DNA from: Acidobacteriota bacterium
Lineage (GTDB): Bacteria; Acidobacteriota; UBA890; WLXD01
DNA length: 64,000 nt
Direction: 5' to 3'
Assembly (NCBI GenBank): GCA_965205505.1
Contig: CBDBHB010000009.1
Span: 960,001 to 1,024,000, forward strand
Shown here: positions 18,452 through 28,212 of the stretch, piece by piece
Layout of the letters: each line of letters starts with the position of its first letter
Numbering within the stretch: the stretch's first letter is position 1
Position numbers and translations under genes: made by a program
The notes under the pieces: generated by a model
Told to the model about the DNA's origin: nothing
Databases searched by the model: none
Seen by the model: only the letters and a program-made list of their open reading frames with translations

Positions 18452-20746
18452 ATGAAGCCGTACTGCAGACGGGTTGGGCTGGTGGCGGCGGCGATCCTCG
18501 TGGCGACGACGTTGACGACCTCAACGTCGGTAGCGGGAGTCATCGTCGCGCAGCAGGCGAGCTCCACAGGCTCCGACGACTCCGCAGCGTCAACGACCGG
18601 GTTCCGGTGCGCCTTTGCCGAGACCACCATCACCACCTCGGCGGATCTGCACTGCATGGAGCTGTTTCCAACGTTGCGAGCAGGCGAGGCTCGTGGCCTG
18701 GTCGAGCTCGGGCGGGTGGGCTCACCGTTTGGCATCGCGGTAACGGTCGAGGGCCGGCAGCGCTATCGTCTTACCCTGCTCATAGAGGGGCTCCCGGATC
18801 CCTCCGAGCTCGGAGCCGCGGCCTATGTCGCCTGGGTCACGACGCCATGGCTGGACCCGGTGACTCGACTTGGCGAAGTGCGCAACGGGCTCACCGATCT
18901 CGGCGAGGTCGCGCACAACAAGTTCTCGATCTGGATCAGCGCGGAGGCGTCGCCTGACGTCGAGACCCGTGACGGACGGTTGGTCCTACGCGGTAGATCG
19001 CCGAGCTCGCGTATGAGCCCCGAGGATTTGATAACTCAGGCCCCGTTGGCCTTGGTAACGGCGGATGGCGCCGCTGGACACGGTGGTGATCATGCCGCCG
19101 GGATGCCCCTGAATGCCCCGGTGCCGCCGATGCACCCGGCCGTACCGATGGTTCCGGGTGTGGCCGCGTTGCGCCCGGAGGCCACGCCGTGGCTTCCTCC
19201 GGTAGCGGATCCAGAAGCGGTGCCGCTGGCCCGGCCGAGCCAGATCGTCCGGCTGGGTGATGGCGGCACGCTCGATCTCGAGGCTGGCCTTGTCCGCCGG
19301 CAGCTGGGCGGTCGCACCTATTTCATGTACGGCTTCAATGGTCAGATACCCGGCCCGCTGATCCATGTTCCGGAGAAGGCGACGATCTTCGTCAACTTCG
19401 AGAATCGGACCGCGTTGCCGACCGCCGTTCACTGGCACGGCGTGCGTCTCGACAACCGGTTCGACGGCGTGCCCGGGGTGACCCAAGAAGCCATTCTTCC
19501 GGGCGAGAGCTTCCGGTATCAGGTGTACTTCCGCGACGCGGGAATCTACTGGTACCACCCTCACCACCGCGAGGACATCGCGCAGGACCTGGGCCTGTAC
19601 GGCAACATGCTCGTCGACCCGGCCGGGAGCAACGCCTACGGGCCGGTGAATAGTGAACAGGTGCTCATGCTCGACGACCTGCTGCTCGGCGAGCAGGGCT
19701 TCATACCCTATGGCACCGAATCGGCCAACTTCATGCTCATGGGGCGGTTCGGCAACATGCTGCTGGTGAACGGCGAGCCACAGTACGAGCTTGAGGCAAT
19801 GCGTGGCGAGGTGGTGCGCTTCTTCTTCACCAATGTTGCCAACACGCGTACGTTCAATCTGAGCTTTCGTCCCGAGGGCGGGGCCAGGTCTCTCCCCATG
19901 AAGGTGATCGCCACCGATGTGTCGCGATTCGAGCGCGAGGTGTGGGCCGACAACCTGGTCATTGCACCGGCCGAGCGCTATATCGTCGAAGTGCGATTCG
20001 CGGAGCCTGGTCGCGTACGCATGGTCAATGTCGTTCAAGGAATCAACCACCGTGCCGGCGCGTTCTTTACGGAATCCAAGGAGCTCGGAATCGTACGGGT
20101 TGGCGACGATCCGGTCGGCGTCGACCTCACCAGGAGCCACGCGATGCTGCGCGCCAACGCCGACATCGCAACAGACATCCGGGCCTACCGCGACCACTTC
20201 GATCGCCCGCCCGATCACCAGCTGGTCCTGCGGCTGGAGGCCGGGGAGTTACCCCTCGTTGTCGATCAGCTGATGGCTCTCGACCGCGTGTACTTCAACC
20301 CGGCGGAGTGGGCCGGGACCATGCCGATGATGAACTGGATCAGCACCGGGGCACAGATCCAGTGGCTGCTGATCGATCCGACTACCGGCAACCGAAACAC
20401 CGAGATCGACGACTGGAAGTTCCAGGTCGGCGACGTTGTCAAGATCCGCATCACCAACGACCGAGGCTCGTTTCACGCCATGCAGCATCCGATCCACTTC
20501 CATGGACAGCGCTTCCTCGTACTGCAGCAGGACGGCGTCCCCAACGACAATCTGGCGTGGAAGGACACCGTGCTGTTGCCGGTGGCCTCGACCACCGATC
20601 TACTATTGGAGCTGTCCAACCCGGGGCGGTGGATGGTTCACTGCCACATCGCCGAGCACCTGGAGTCGGGCATGAAGATGATTTTCACGGTCGACGGCGA
20701 CACGGCGACGGAATCAGCGACGCAGACCCCCAACGACCGCCACTGA
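18452..20746 (+). CDS. Secreted multicopper oxidase with extra N-terminal domain
   Basis: HWHG, WYHPH, HPIHFHG, HCHIAEHLESGM copper ligands. Confidence 0.92.
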   Translation: MKPYCRRVGLVAAAILVATTLTTSTSVAGVIVAQQASSTGSDDSAASTTGFRCAFAETTITTSADLHCMELFPTLRAGEARGLVELGRVGSPFGIAVTVEGRQRYRLTLLIEGLPDPSELGAAAYVAWVTTPWLDPVTRLGEVRNGLTDLGEVAHNKFSIWISAEASPDVETRDGRLVLRGRSPSSRMSPEDLITQAPLALVTADGAAGHGGDHAAGMPLNAPVPPMHPAVPMVPGVAALRPEATPWLPPVADPEAVPLARPSQIVRLGDGGTLDLEAGLVRRQLGGRTYFMYGFNGQIPGPLIHVPEKATIFVNFENRTALPTAVHWHGVRLDNRFDGVPGVTQEAILPGESFRYQVYFRDAGIYWYHPHHREDIAQDLGLYGNMLVDPAGSNAYGPVNSEQVLMLDDLLLGEQGFIPYGTESANFMLMGRFGNMLLVNGEPQYELEAMRGEVVRFFFTNVANTRTFNLSFRPEGGARSLPMKVIATDVSRFEREVWADNLVIAPAERYIVEVRFAEPGRVRMVNVVQGINHRAGAFFTESKELGIVRVGDDPVGVDLTRSHAMLRANADIATDIRAYRDHFDRPPDHQLVLRLEAGELPLVVDQLMALDRVYFNPAEWAGTMPMMNWISTGAQIQWLLIDPTTGNRNTEIDDWKFQVGDVVKIRITNDRGSFHAMQHPIHFHGQRFLVLQQDGVPNDNLAWKDTVLLPVASTTDLLLELSNPGRWMVHCHIAEHLESGMKMIFTVDGDTATESATQTPNDRH

Positions 20747-20765
20747 CGAGTAGGAAGGACACCAG

Positions 20766-22175
20766 ATGAGGAAGCAACTTGCTGTCGCCCTAGCAACGGT
20801 CACCCTTGTCGCTGCTGCGCCGACGCAGCAGGAGTTGTCGGAGGACGTCCTCGAGTACGTTGCCATCAACTCTCCGGAAGTGGCGCTGACCCACGTGCGG
20901 GTGGTGGACGGCACCGGCGCTCCGGCCATGGAGGATCAAACGATCCTCATCCGTAACGGTCGCATCGCCGCGGTGGGCGCCGCCGACTCCATCGATGTGG
21001 GACCTGATGTCGAGGTGGTGAGCCTAAAGGGTCACACGGTGATCCCTGGCCTCGTCGGGCTGCACGATCACAGCTACTACACGACGTCGCGCCGCGCGGT
21101 GCAGATGAATTTCACGGGCCCACGTCTGTACTTGGCCGCCGGGGTGACGACGATTCGCACCACTGGCAGCGAGTATCCGTACGCCGAGATCAACCTGAAG
21201 AAGGCGATCGAGGCGGGAGAGGTGCCGGGACCGCGGATGTTCGTAACCGGCCCTTACCTCACCGGTGATCAGGGCTCCCTGAACATGGCACGGCTGTCCG
21301 ACCCCGAGCACGCGCGTCGTGTCGTGAGTTACTGGGCGGAAGAAGGCGTCGATTGGTTCAAGGCCTACACGTGGATCAGCCGCGACGAGCTCGCGGCGGC
21401 AATCGACGAGGCCCACGAGCACGGCATCAAGGTGACCGCGCACCTGTGCTCGGTCAGCTTTCGGGAGGCGGTCGAGGCAGGTATCGACAACATCGAGCAC
21501 GGTCTTCTGACCAACAGCGACTACGACGAGACACGCTCACCCGACGCCTGCTCCAGCAACTTGATGCAGAGTGTTGCCGATCTCGATCTCTCGAGCGAGC
21601 AAGTGGAAACTACCTTCAGGGAAATGGTTGCGGCCGGCGTTCCAATGACCACCACACCGGTGGTGTACGAGATGTTCGTCAAGGGTCGCACCGAGCTCGA
21701 CCCGCGGGCTCGCGAGGCGCTCGCGCCCGGAGCGCTCGAGGAAGTTGTCGCGGCGGCGGCGCGTATCGAGGAGCGCGGTTCGATAGCGCCCGAGCTGTTC
21801 TTGAAAGCGCTGCAGTACGACTACAAGTTCGTCGAATCCGGTGGCGTGCTGGCGGCGGGAGTCGATCCGACCGGCTATGGCGCGGCGCTGCCGGGCTTTG
21901 GCGACCAGCGCAATTTCGAGCTCCTGCTCGAGACCGATTTCACCCCGGTCGAGGCGATACAGATCATCGGTGCCAACGGTGCCAAGGTGCTCGGCATATA
22001 CGACGAGGTCGGTTCTGTGGAAGTCGGAAAACAAGCCGACCTGGTGGTGCTCGACGGCAATCCCGTCGCCAACCCGCGCGACATCCGCAACGTGACGCTG
22101 GTGTTCAAGGAGGGGATCGGCTACGACGCCGCCAAGCTGATCGAGTCGGTGCGCGGACGCGTTGGCATTCAGTGA
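20766..22175 (+). CDS. Secreted amidohydrolase family protein
   Basis: Signal peptide; PGLVGLHDH, GVTTIRT, IEHG, GK.ADLVVL. Confidence 0.88.
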   Translation: MRKQLAVALATVTLVAAAPTQQELSEDVLEYVAINSPEVALTHVRVVDGTGAPAMEDQTILIRNGRIAAVGAADSIDVGPDVEVVSLKGHTVIPGLVGLHDHSYYTTSRRAVQMNFTGPRLYLAAGVTTIRTTGSEYPYAEINLKKAIEAGEVPGPRMFVTGPYLTGDQGSLNMARLSDPEHARRVVSYWAEEGVDWFKAYTWISRDELAAAIDEAHEHGIKVTAHLCSVSFREAVEAGIDNIEHGLLTNSDYDETRSPDACSSNLMQSVADLDLSSEQVETTFREMVAAGVPMTTTPVVYEMFVKGRTELDPRAREALAPGALEEVVAAAARIEERGSIAPELFLKALQYDYKFVESGGVLAAGVDPTGYGAALPGFGDQRNFELLLETDFTPVEAIQIIGANGAKVLGIYDEVGSVEVGKQADLVVLDGNPVANPRDIRNVTLVFKEGIGYDAAKLIESVRGRVGIQ

Positions 22176-22277
22176 CCCGCACACGTTCCCGGTTCAGGCC
22201 GGGTTGCATCTTGCCAGCGGGACCCGTAGGTTTCGGACAATCGGAGACGAATTTCAGTTAGCGGCAGTAGGCTGGCG

Positions 22278-22682
22278 ATGAAACACGCGAACGAACGCCT
22301 CGACAACGAGCGGTTGGACAATCGTATTCTGGCAGTGTTCGTAGCTCTCGCGATCCTGACCCTGCTCGCAGCGGCGCCGAAGGCCAGGCACTTGCGCCTG
22401 ACCGGTAGCGTCCCCGAGCAGGACGCCGCGCTCGATGCGTCGCCTGCCGAGATCCGTCTCTGGTTCTCGCTGGAACCGGAGCTGGCGATCAGTCGCATCA
22501 GCCTGAGCTGTCACGATACGGAGGAGCTCGGTGAGCTGCACGCCGGCGACGAGAACTCGCTCTGTGTCGAAGTCCTGAGCGATCTGGAACCCGGCGAGCA
22601 CACCGTCGTTTGGCGCACCTCGAGCGGCGACGGCCACCCGATCCGGGGCACGATACCGTTCAGCACGCCGTTGGCTCGCTGA
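22278..22682 (+). CDS. copC: CopC-family copper-binding protein
   Basis: Signal peptide then predicted N-terminal His (HLRL.GS.P); WR.SS.DGH motif. Confidence 0.8.
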   Translation: MKHANERLDNERLDNRILAVFVALAILTLLAAAPKARHLRLTGSVPEQDAALDASPAEIRLWFSLEPELAISRISLSCHDTEELGELHAGDENSLCVEVLSDLEPGEHTVVWRTSSGDGHPIRGTIPFSTPLAR

Positions 22683-22783
22683 GGCGCTCGGCGCACGTTT
22701 CCGAGGGCAGCACCAGTGCACCGGGGTTGCGATCTGCAATACACTGAGCTCAGGATCCCGCTGCTCCAAACCGTGAGGCGCTC

Positions 22784-23682
22784 GTGAACCATCGCCTGTC
22801 TCGAATCGCTGCAGTCGCGCTCGCATGCGTCGTCGTTAGTTTCCGTCGTTGCCCCCGCTCCCGTCGAGGCGCAGAGTAAGGTGCGTGTCGCGGTGATGAA
22901 CTTCTACAACAACAGCCACATCGGGCTACTGGGGTGACCGTCTGGGATCGGCCGCTGCCGACGAGCTTGCCACCCAGCTGGTGCGGTCGGGCCGTTTCTC
23001 GGTGATCGAACGCCGAGAGCTCGAGGCGATACTCGCCGAGCAGGACTTCGGTGCTAGCGGACGCGTCACCGCTTCGTCGGCAGCGCAGATCGGCCAGGTC
23101 CTGGGAGCCCAGCTCATGATAACCGGCTCGATCACGCAGTTCTCGGTGGAGAGCAAGCGTGTCGGCATCGGCGGCATTGGCGGGCGCTTTACCGAGGCGG
23201 AGAGCGTCGTCGACGTGCGCGTGGTGAACACGGTAACCAGCGAGATCTTGGTGGTGGCTGAGGGCAAGGGAAAGAAGCGCCTCGGTGGCATCCACGTCAA
23301 CAACGTCAGCTTCGAGCAGGACTTCGACGCGGGTCTGGCCCAGGAAGCGCTGCGCCCGGCGATCGAGGAGGCGGTTGAAGAGATCGTCGGCCAAGCACAG
23401 AGCTTCCAGGGACTCAAGCCGGTAATGCCGCCGGCCAGCATCGTCGGCACCCGCGGTGACGATTACTACATTGATCGTGGTGAGAACTTCGGTGTCACAG
23501 TTGGCCAGCAGTTTGCCGTCATGAGCGTCGTCGACGAGATCAAGGATGCGCAGGGCAACGTGCTCGACCGGATCACCGACCGCGTTGGCTTGCTCGAGGT
23601 CACCCGCGTGCTCGGGCAGTCAGTGGTATGCCGGCTCGTCCAGGGCACTGCCGCTGAGGGCGATTCGCTAACGGCGCAGTAG
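22784..23682 (+). pseudogene. CsgG/HfaB-family protein with two +1 frameshifts in the 5' part
   Basis: Signal (frame a), KVRVAVMNF (frame b), GYWGDRLG..GRFSVIERRELE (frame c); shifts near 22840 and 22917. Confidence 0.7.
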
Positions 23683-23725
23683 TCGATCGCGATTGCTCGG
23701 TCGGCGGGGGTCAGGAGGCTGCCCG

Positions 23726-24694
23726 GTGCGCAGTCGGCTCGCTGTTGCGTTGCTTCTGGTGGCGTGCGTAAGCACGTCGTGCGCCAACGTCCGGGTCGCC
23801 GAGCCACCAACCGGGGGACCCCGCGCCACTCGATCCTCATTCGCGGCCCGGGAGCCTATCCGCGTCGTCATCATGTGCGCTGTCGAGTCCGAGCTCGAAA
23901 AGTTGCTGGCAGCGTCGCGCATCGACGCCACGCGGGAGCTCGCCGGCCGCACGCACCACGTGGGCAACCTCGAGGGACACCCTGTGGTGCTGTTGCTTGT
24001 CGGCGTCAGCATGGTCAATGCGGCGGCGGCGACGCAGGCGGTCATCGATCACTTCGAGGTGGGAGCCATCATCTTCTCGGGTATCGCCGGCGGAGCCAAC
24101 CCTGGCTTGAACGTTGGCGATGTGACCGTTCCGGCACGCTGGGGCCAACATCAGGAGATGGTGTTCGCCCGCGAGACGCCCGATGGTTGGGATACCGGTG
24201 GCCGCGCCAACGAGTTCACCAACTTCGGCATGATGTTCCCGCGCGGGCAGCTTCTGCCAGGGGCACGAATCGACTCCCAACGTGGCGAGCGACGTTTCTG
24301 GTTCGCGGTTGACGAGCGCATGCTGGCACAGGCCCGCGAGCTTGCCGGAGAGTTTGCGCTGAAGCGCTGTGTCAGTTCCGGCGAGTGCCTAGACGAGACG
24401 CCCCGTCTCGTCGTTGGTGGCAACGGCCTGTCGGGGCCGACCTTCCTCGACAACACCGCCTTTCGCGAGTGGATCTGGGACACGTTCGAGGCCGACGCGG
24501 TGGATATGGAAACGGCGGCCGTGGCCCAGGTGGCCGCGATCAACAGCACGCGATTTCTGGCTTTTCGCTCGCTGTCAGACTTGGCCGGGGGCGGAGCGGG
24601 ACGCAACCAAATTCGAACCTTCAGTCGCCTGGCGGCCGATAACTCTGCCACTGTCCTGCTGCGATTCCTACGCCGCTGGCGTGGTGTCGATTAG
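23726..24694 (+). CDS. Exported 5'-methylthioadenosine/SAH nucleosidase family protein
   Basis: AGGAGG RBS and GTG; GVSMVNAA, FSGIAGG, VDMETAA, RSLSDLAG. Confidence 0.85.
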   Translation: MRSRLAVALLLVACVSTSCANVRVAEPPTGGPRATRSSFAAREPIRVVIMCAVESELEKLLAASRIDATRELAGRTHHVGNLEGHPVVLLLVGVSMVNAAAATQAVIDHFEVGAIIFSGIAGGANPGLNVGDVTVPARWGQHQEMVFARETPDGWDTGGRANEFTNFGMMFPRGQLLPGARIDSQRGERRFWFAVDERMLAQARELAGEFALKRCVSSGECLDETPRLVVGGNGLSGPTFLDNTAFREWIWDTFEADAVDMETAAVAQVAAINSTRFLAFRSLSDLAGGGAGRNQIRTFSRLAADNSATVLLRFLRRWRGVD

Positions 24695-24703
24695 CCCATC
24701 GAG

Positions 24704-25837
24704 GTGGGTGTGCTGGTGCTCGCTGTTGCAACCTGCCTGGCCTGGGCTGCCTTTGCGATCGATGCCCTGCGTGGAAGCGGCACTATGAGCTTCGTGCGCG
24801 ACATGCCGTTGCCCGACGCTGAGACGCGGGCCACCCTGCCGCGCGTCAGCGTCATCGTGCCGGCGCGCAACGAGATCGAGATGGTCGAGCCCGCCTTGCG
24901 TTCCGTGCTCGATCTCGACTATCCGGATCTGGAGGTCGTTGCTGTCGATGATCGCTCTGACGACGCCACCGGAAGCGTGCTCGACACGCTGGCCGCTTCG
25001 GACTCGCGGCTGAAGGTAATCCACGTCGCCGATCTGCCAGTCGGATGGATCGGCAAGAACCACGCGTTGCCGCGCGGCGCGGAGATTGCGTCAGGGGAGC
25101 TGCTGTTGTTCACCGATGCCGATGTTCTCTTCGAGCGTACCGTGCTGGTGCGTGCCGTCCGTCATCTCATGACGCACGGCTACGACCATCTGACCATGCC
25201 GGCCGATGTACGCGTTGCGAGCGCCGCCCTCGAGTTGTTCGTGGCCGCCTTCGCGCTGTTGTTCAACGGCTACTTCCGACCCTGGCGGGTCAGCGATCCG
25301 CGGAGCTCCGCTGCGGTGGGGTTCGGCAGCTTCAACCTCGTCCGGCGAGCTGCCTACGAGCGCGCCGGAACGCACGCGGCGCTGGCGATGGATCCGCTCG
25401 ATGACGTGCGGTTGGCGATCAACCTCAAAGCAAGTGGCGCGGTGCCTCACTGCGCTGTCGCCGGGCCCTTTCTGCGTGTCGAGTGGTACCCGAGCCTAGC
25501 GGCAGCGTTCCGAGGGCTGGAGAAGAACACGCTGGGGGCGGTCAACTACTCGGTGCTGCTGCTCGCCGCCGGCAGCCTGGCGCAGATCGTGATGGTGGTG
25601 TGGCCGTTTGTCGCTATCTTGGTGACCACCGGTGTGACGCGGTGGTTGAACGTCACCGCGGTGGCAACGATCATGGCGATCCAGATAGGCATGCTGAGAG
25701 AGACCAGCTTGCGGCTCTGGACCGTTCCATTGTTGCCGTTGGGGGTGCTTCTCGCGCAGGCATGTTTCGCCAGAGCCGCGGTGCTGGCGCTGTGGCGCGG
25801 CGGCATCTACCGGCTGGAGGATCTGAAGGGCGCGTGA
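24704..25837 (+). CDS. Membrane glycosyltransferase family 2
   Basis: VIVPARNE, DDRSDDAT, GWIGKNHA, FTDAD; C-terminal TMs. Confidence 0.9.
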   Translation: MGVLVLAVATCLAWAAFAIDALRGSGTMSFVRDMPLPDAETRATLPRVSVIVPARNEIEMVEPALRSVLDLDYPDLEVVAVDDRSDDATGSVLDTLAASDSRLKVIHVADLPVGWIGKNHALPRGAEIASGELLLFTDADVLFERTVLVRAVRHLMTHGYDHLTMPADVRVASAALELFVAAFALLFNGYFRPWRVSDPRSSAAVGFGSFNLVRRAAYERAGTHAALAMDPLDDVRLAINLKASGAVPHCAVAGPFLRVEWYPSLAAAFRGLEKNTLGAVNYSVLLLAAGSLAQIVMVVWPFVAILVTTGVTRWLNVTAVATIMAIQIGMLRETSLRLWTVPLLPLGVLLAQACFARAAVLALWRGGIYRLEDLKGA

Positions 25838-25901
25838 ACGACCCGGCTCCCTTCTCTGGCGATCCTCAGCCGGCCTGCTAGCGACCGCGCTTTGGCGCGG
25901 T

Positions 25902-27956
25902 TCACTCGGCACCAGCAGTGTCCGCGTCCGCATCGGGCTTCAAACGTACCGCCCACAGACCGGAGTTGTTGTCGGCGAAGAAGATGTTCCCCTTGTGGGT
26001 CATCGCACCCCAGGTACGGCGCGCGTTGGGCTTGAAGCCCTGTGGGTCGTCGGCCAGGAAGTAGCCGATCTCACGTCCTTGGCGATAGAGGTCGCCGAGC
26101 AGCTCACCGGAGATGTCGATGACGCGCAGCCCGGCGTTGTAGTAGGCGACGTATAGGGTGTCGCCGTCGACCCAGAAGTTGTGCGTGCCGCCGAACGGCA
26201 CCTGGTAGCGGGCCACCTCGCGCGGGTTCTCGAGATCGTCGAAGTCGATGAAGTGGATCCAGCCGGCAGCCTGTACCGGTGGCCCCTCGAAGCGATCCAG
26301 ACCCATCGGGTTGCGCTCACGCGGGAAGGCCTCGTCACCGGCGATGACGTAGAACCTGCCGCTCGAGCTCTTGAAGGGCCAGGCGGCATGGTTCCAGCCG
26401 CTCGGATACGCGTACCGCGCCATTTCCACAGGGCTCACGGGAGAGCCCCCCATGCCGCCGCCACCGACGTCGACGAGGACCACTCCGTCGTCCCAGTTCG
26501 ACGACACGGCAACTCCGTCGATCACCCAGACGTCGTGAATCGACCGGCCTGGTGAGTCGAGCTCGAACCGCCCGACACGATAGGGATTGCGCGGATCCTC
26601 GATGTTGAGGACATCGTAACGGCGGCCGCCGGACAGGGCGTAAATGTGATCGTCGTGTATGTAGACGTTGTGCACTCCGCCGGTCATCTGGTCGTCGTAG
26701 CGCGCTAGCACCTTGACCCCGTCGCGCGGGGTCGACACGTCGAGGATCACCAGTCCGTTGCGGCGGTCCGAGGCGCCCTCGCGGCTGATCACCGCAATGC
26801 TCCCGTCCTCGGATACCTTGACGTCGTTCACGGTGCGGGCATCGACCTTGACCATGTCGATGAGCTGAATGTTGCGTGGGTCGGTGACGTCCCAAACGTA
26901 GGCGTGCCCGGCGGCGCCCCAGGTCCCGGTGATGGCATAGTCACCCCCGTCCGGGGCCTCCCAGACCCACAGGTCGGAGGTCTTACGATCGGCGACGCGC
27001 CCGTGTCCGACCAGCTCGATATCACGCCGTACGTTGCGCGGGGTCGCCACCACAGTTGTCGATGCCCAGTGCTGGCCGGCCGTCGCCAGGATCGTGTACT
27101 CACCCGGGAGGTCGGCGACGAAACGCCCGTCAGCCGTAACCAGCCCGGAGGGCGGCTCCCCGAGACCGTGCTGATCTGTGCGGGCGCGGAACGCATACAC
27201 CACCGGCATTTCCGGCACCGGGGTACCGTCGCCGCCGAGTGGCGTGGCCTCGAGGTGAACCACCTCGCCGGTGCGTACCTCGCTGGCGCTCGATGTCATC
27301 CGCAGCGACGCCGTGGGATCGGCTGAGACGCGCACCTCGATGCTGTCGCGCACCTCCTCGGCACGCGCTGTGACCATCGCGGTGCCGCGGCCGACGAGCC
27401 GCATCGACCCGACGTGATCGATCTCGACAACCGAGTTATCGCTGCTCTCGAGCACCGGCGAGATGTCGGCGCGGCTAGCGCCCGACACGTCAACAGCTTC
27501 GAACACGGGACGTACGATGGTGCCGGTGTAATAGCGCCCCGGCATGTTGGTGAAGGCGATGGAAGCAAGCGGTGGCACCGGCACGTGTACCGCGACAACG
27601 GCACGCAACGCATCGTCGTCGCGGCGCGGGTCCACATCCGGTGAGCTGGGGACGATGGCCACTACCTCCACATCGCCCGGCTTGTACGCCTCGATCGTGC
27701 CAGCGGGGTTGACGCCGACGCGGCGCCGCGCTCGCGATACATAAACGATCTGTACATCGTCCAACACGTTGCCGTCGCCGTCGCGCACCATCGCAGTGAC
27801 CTGAACGGCGCTGCCGACCTCGATCGTGACCTGCTCCGGGTCGACCTCGATACTTGCCGGCGGCGGCGCTGTTTCTTGCGGGTCGGCTTGCATCGACGCG
27901 GTCAACGACAGTAGGGCAACGATCAACAATGGGGCAACACGTGCGGTGCGGTTCAT
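25902..27956 (-). CDS. Secreted Ig-like domain + LVIVD-repeat beta-propeller protein
   Basis: Signal peptide, Ig-like repeats, LVILDV/LRVIDI repeats, GVHN, IHDV, THN histidines. Confidence 0.75.
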   Translation of the reverse strand: MNRTARVAPLLIVALLSLTASMQADPQETAPPPASIEVDPEQVTIEVGSAVQVTAMVRDGDGNVLDDVQIVYVSRARRRVGVNPAGTIEAYKPGDVEVVAIVPSSPDVDPRRDDDALRAVVAVHVPVPPLASIAFTNMPGRYYTGTIVRPVFEAVDVSGASRADISPVLESSDNSVVEIDHVGSMRLVGRGTAMVTARAEEVRDSIEVRVSADPTASLRMTSSASEVRTGEVVHLEATPLGGDGTPVPEMPVVYAFRARTDQHGLGEPPSGLVTADGRFVADLPGEYTILATAGQHWASTTVVATPRNVRRDIELVGHGRVADRKTSDLWVWEAPDGGDYAITGTWGAAGHAYVWDVTDPRNIQLIDMVKVDARTVNDVKVSEDGSIAVISREGASDRRNGLVILDVSTPRDGVKVLARYDDQMTGGVHNVYIHDDHIYALSGGRRYDVLNIEDPRNPYRVGRFELDSPGRSIHDVWVIDGVAVSSNWDDGVVLVDVGGGGMGGSPVSPVEMARYAYPSGWNHAAWPFKSSSGRFYVIAGDEAFPRERNPMGLDRFEGPPVQAAGWIHFIDFDDLENPREVARYQVPFGGTHNFWVDGDTLYVAYYNAGLRVIDISGELLGDLYRQGREIGYFLADDPQGFKPNARRTWGAMTHKGNIFFADNNSGLWAVRLKPDADADTAGAE

Positions 27957-28212
27957 CGCTTGATCCGGGTTGGGACGGAAGGGGGCGATCGACGCCCTAG
28001 ACTCTGCCATGCTCGGCCACCAAAGTCGCGACTTGTCGGGATGTCGGGCGCGCCTGACGGCGGTCGTGTAAAGAACCGTCAAGACCAGGAAAAGAACGTG
28101 CGAGGCAGCGTTTTTTGTGTTGTTTGGCCGTCGGCCGATCGCCTACAGTGGATTGGACGCACGCGCGCCGCTCCAGGTCGCCGTCCGCCCCTGTCAGAGG
28201 CCGTGAAGACGC

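Noticed and set aside
25872-25881. ggcctgctag as another TIR-C element
   Set aside because: Only 10 nt match and no partner end; too short to support
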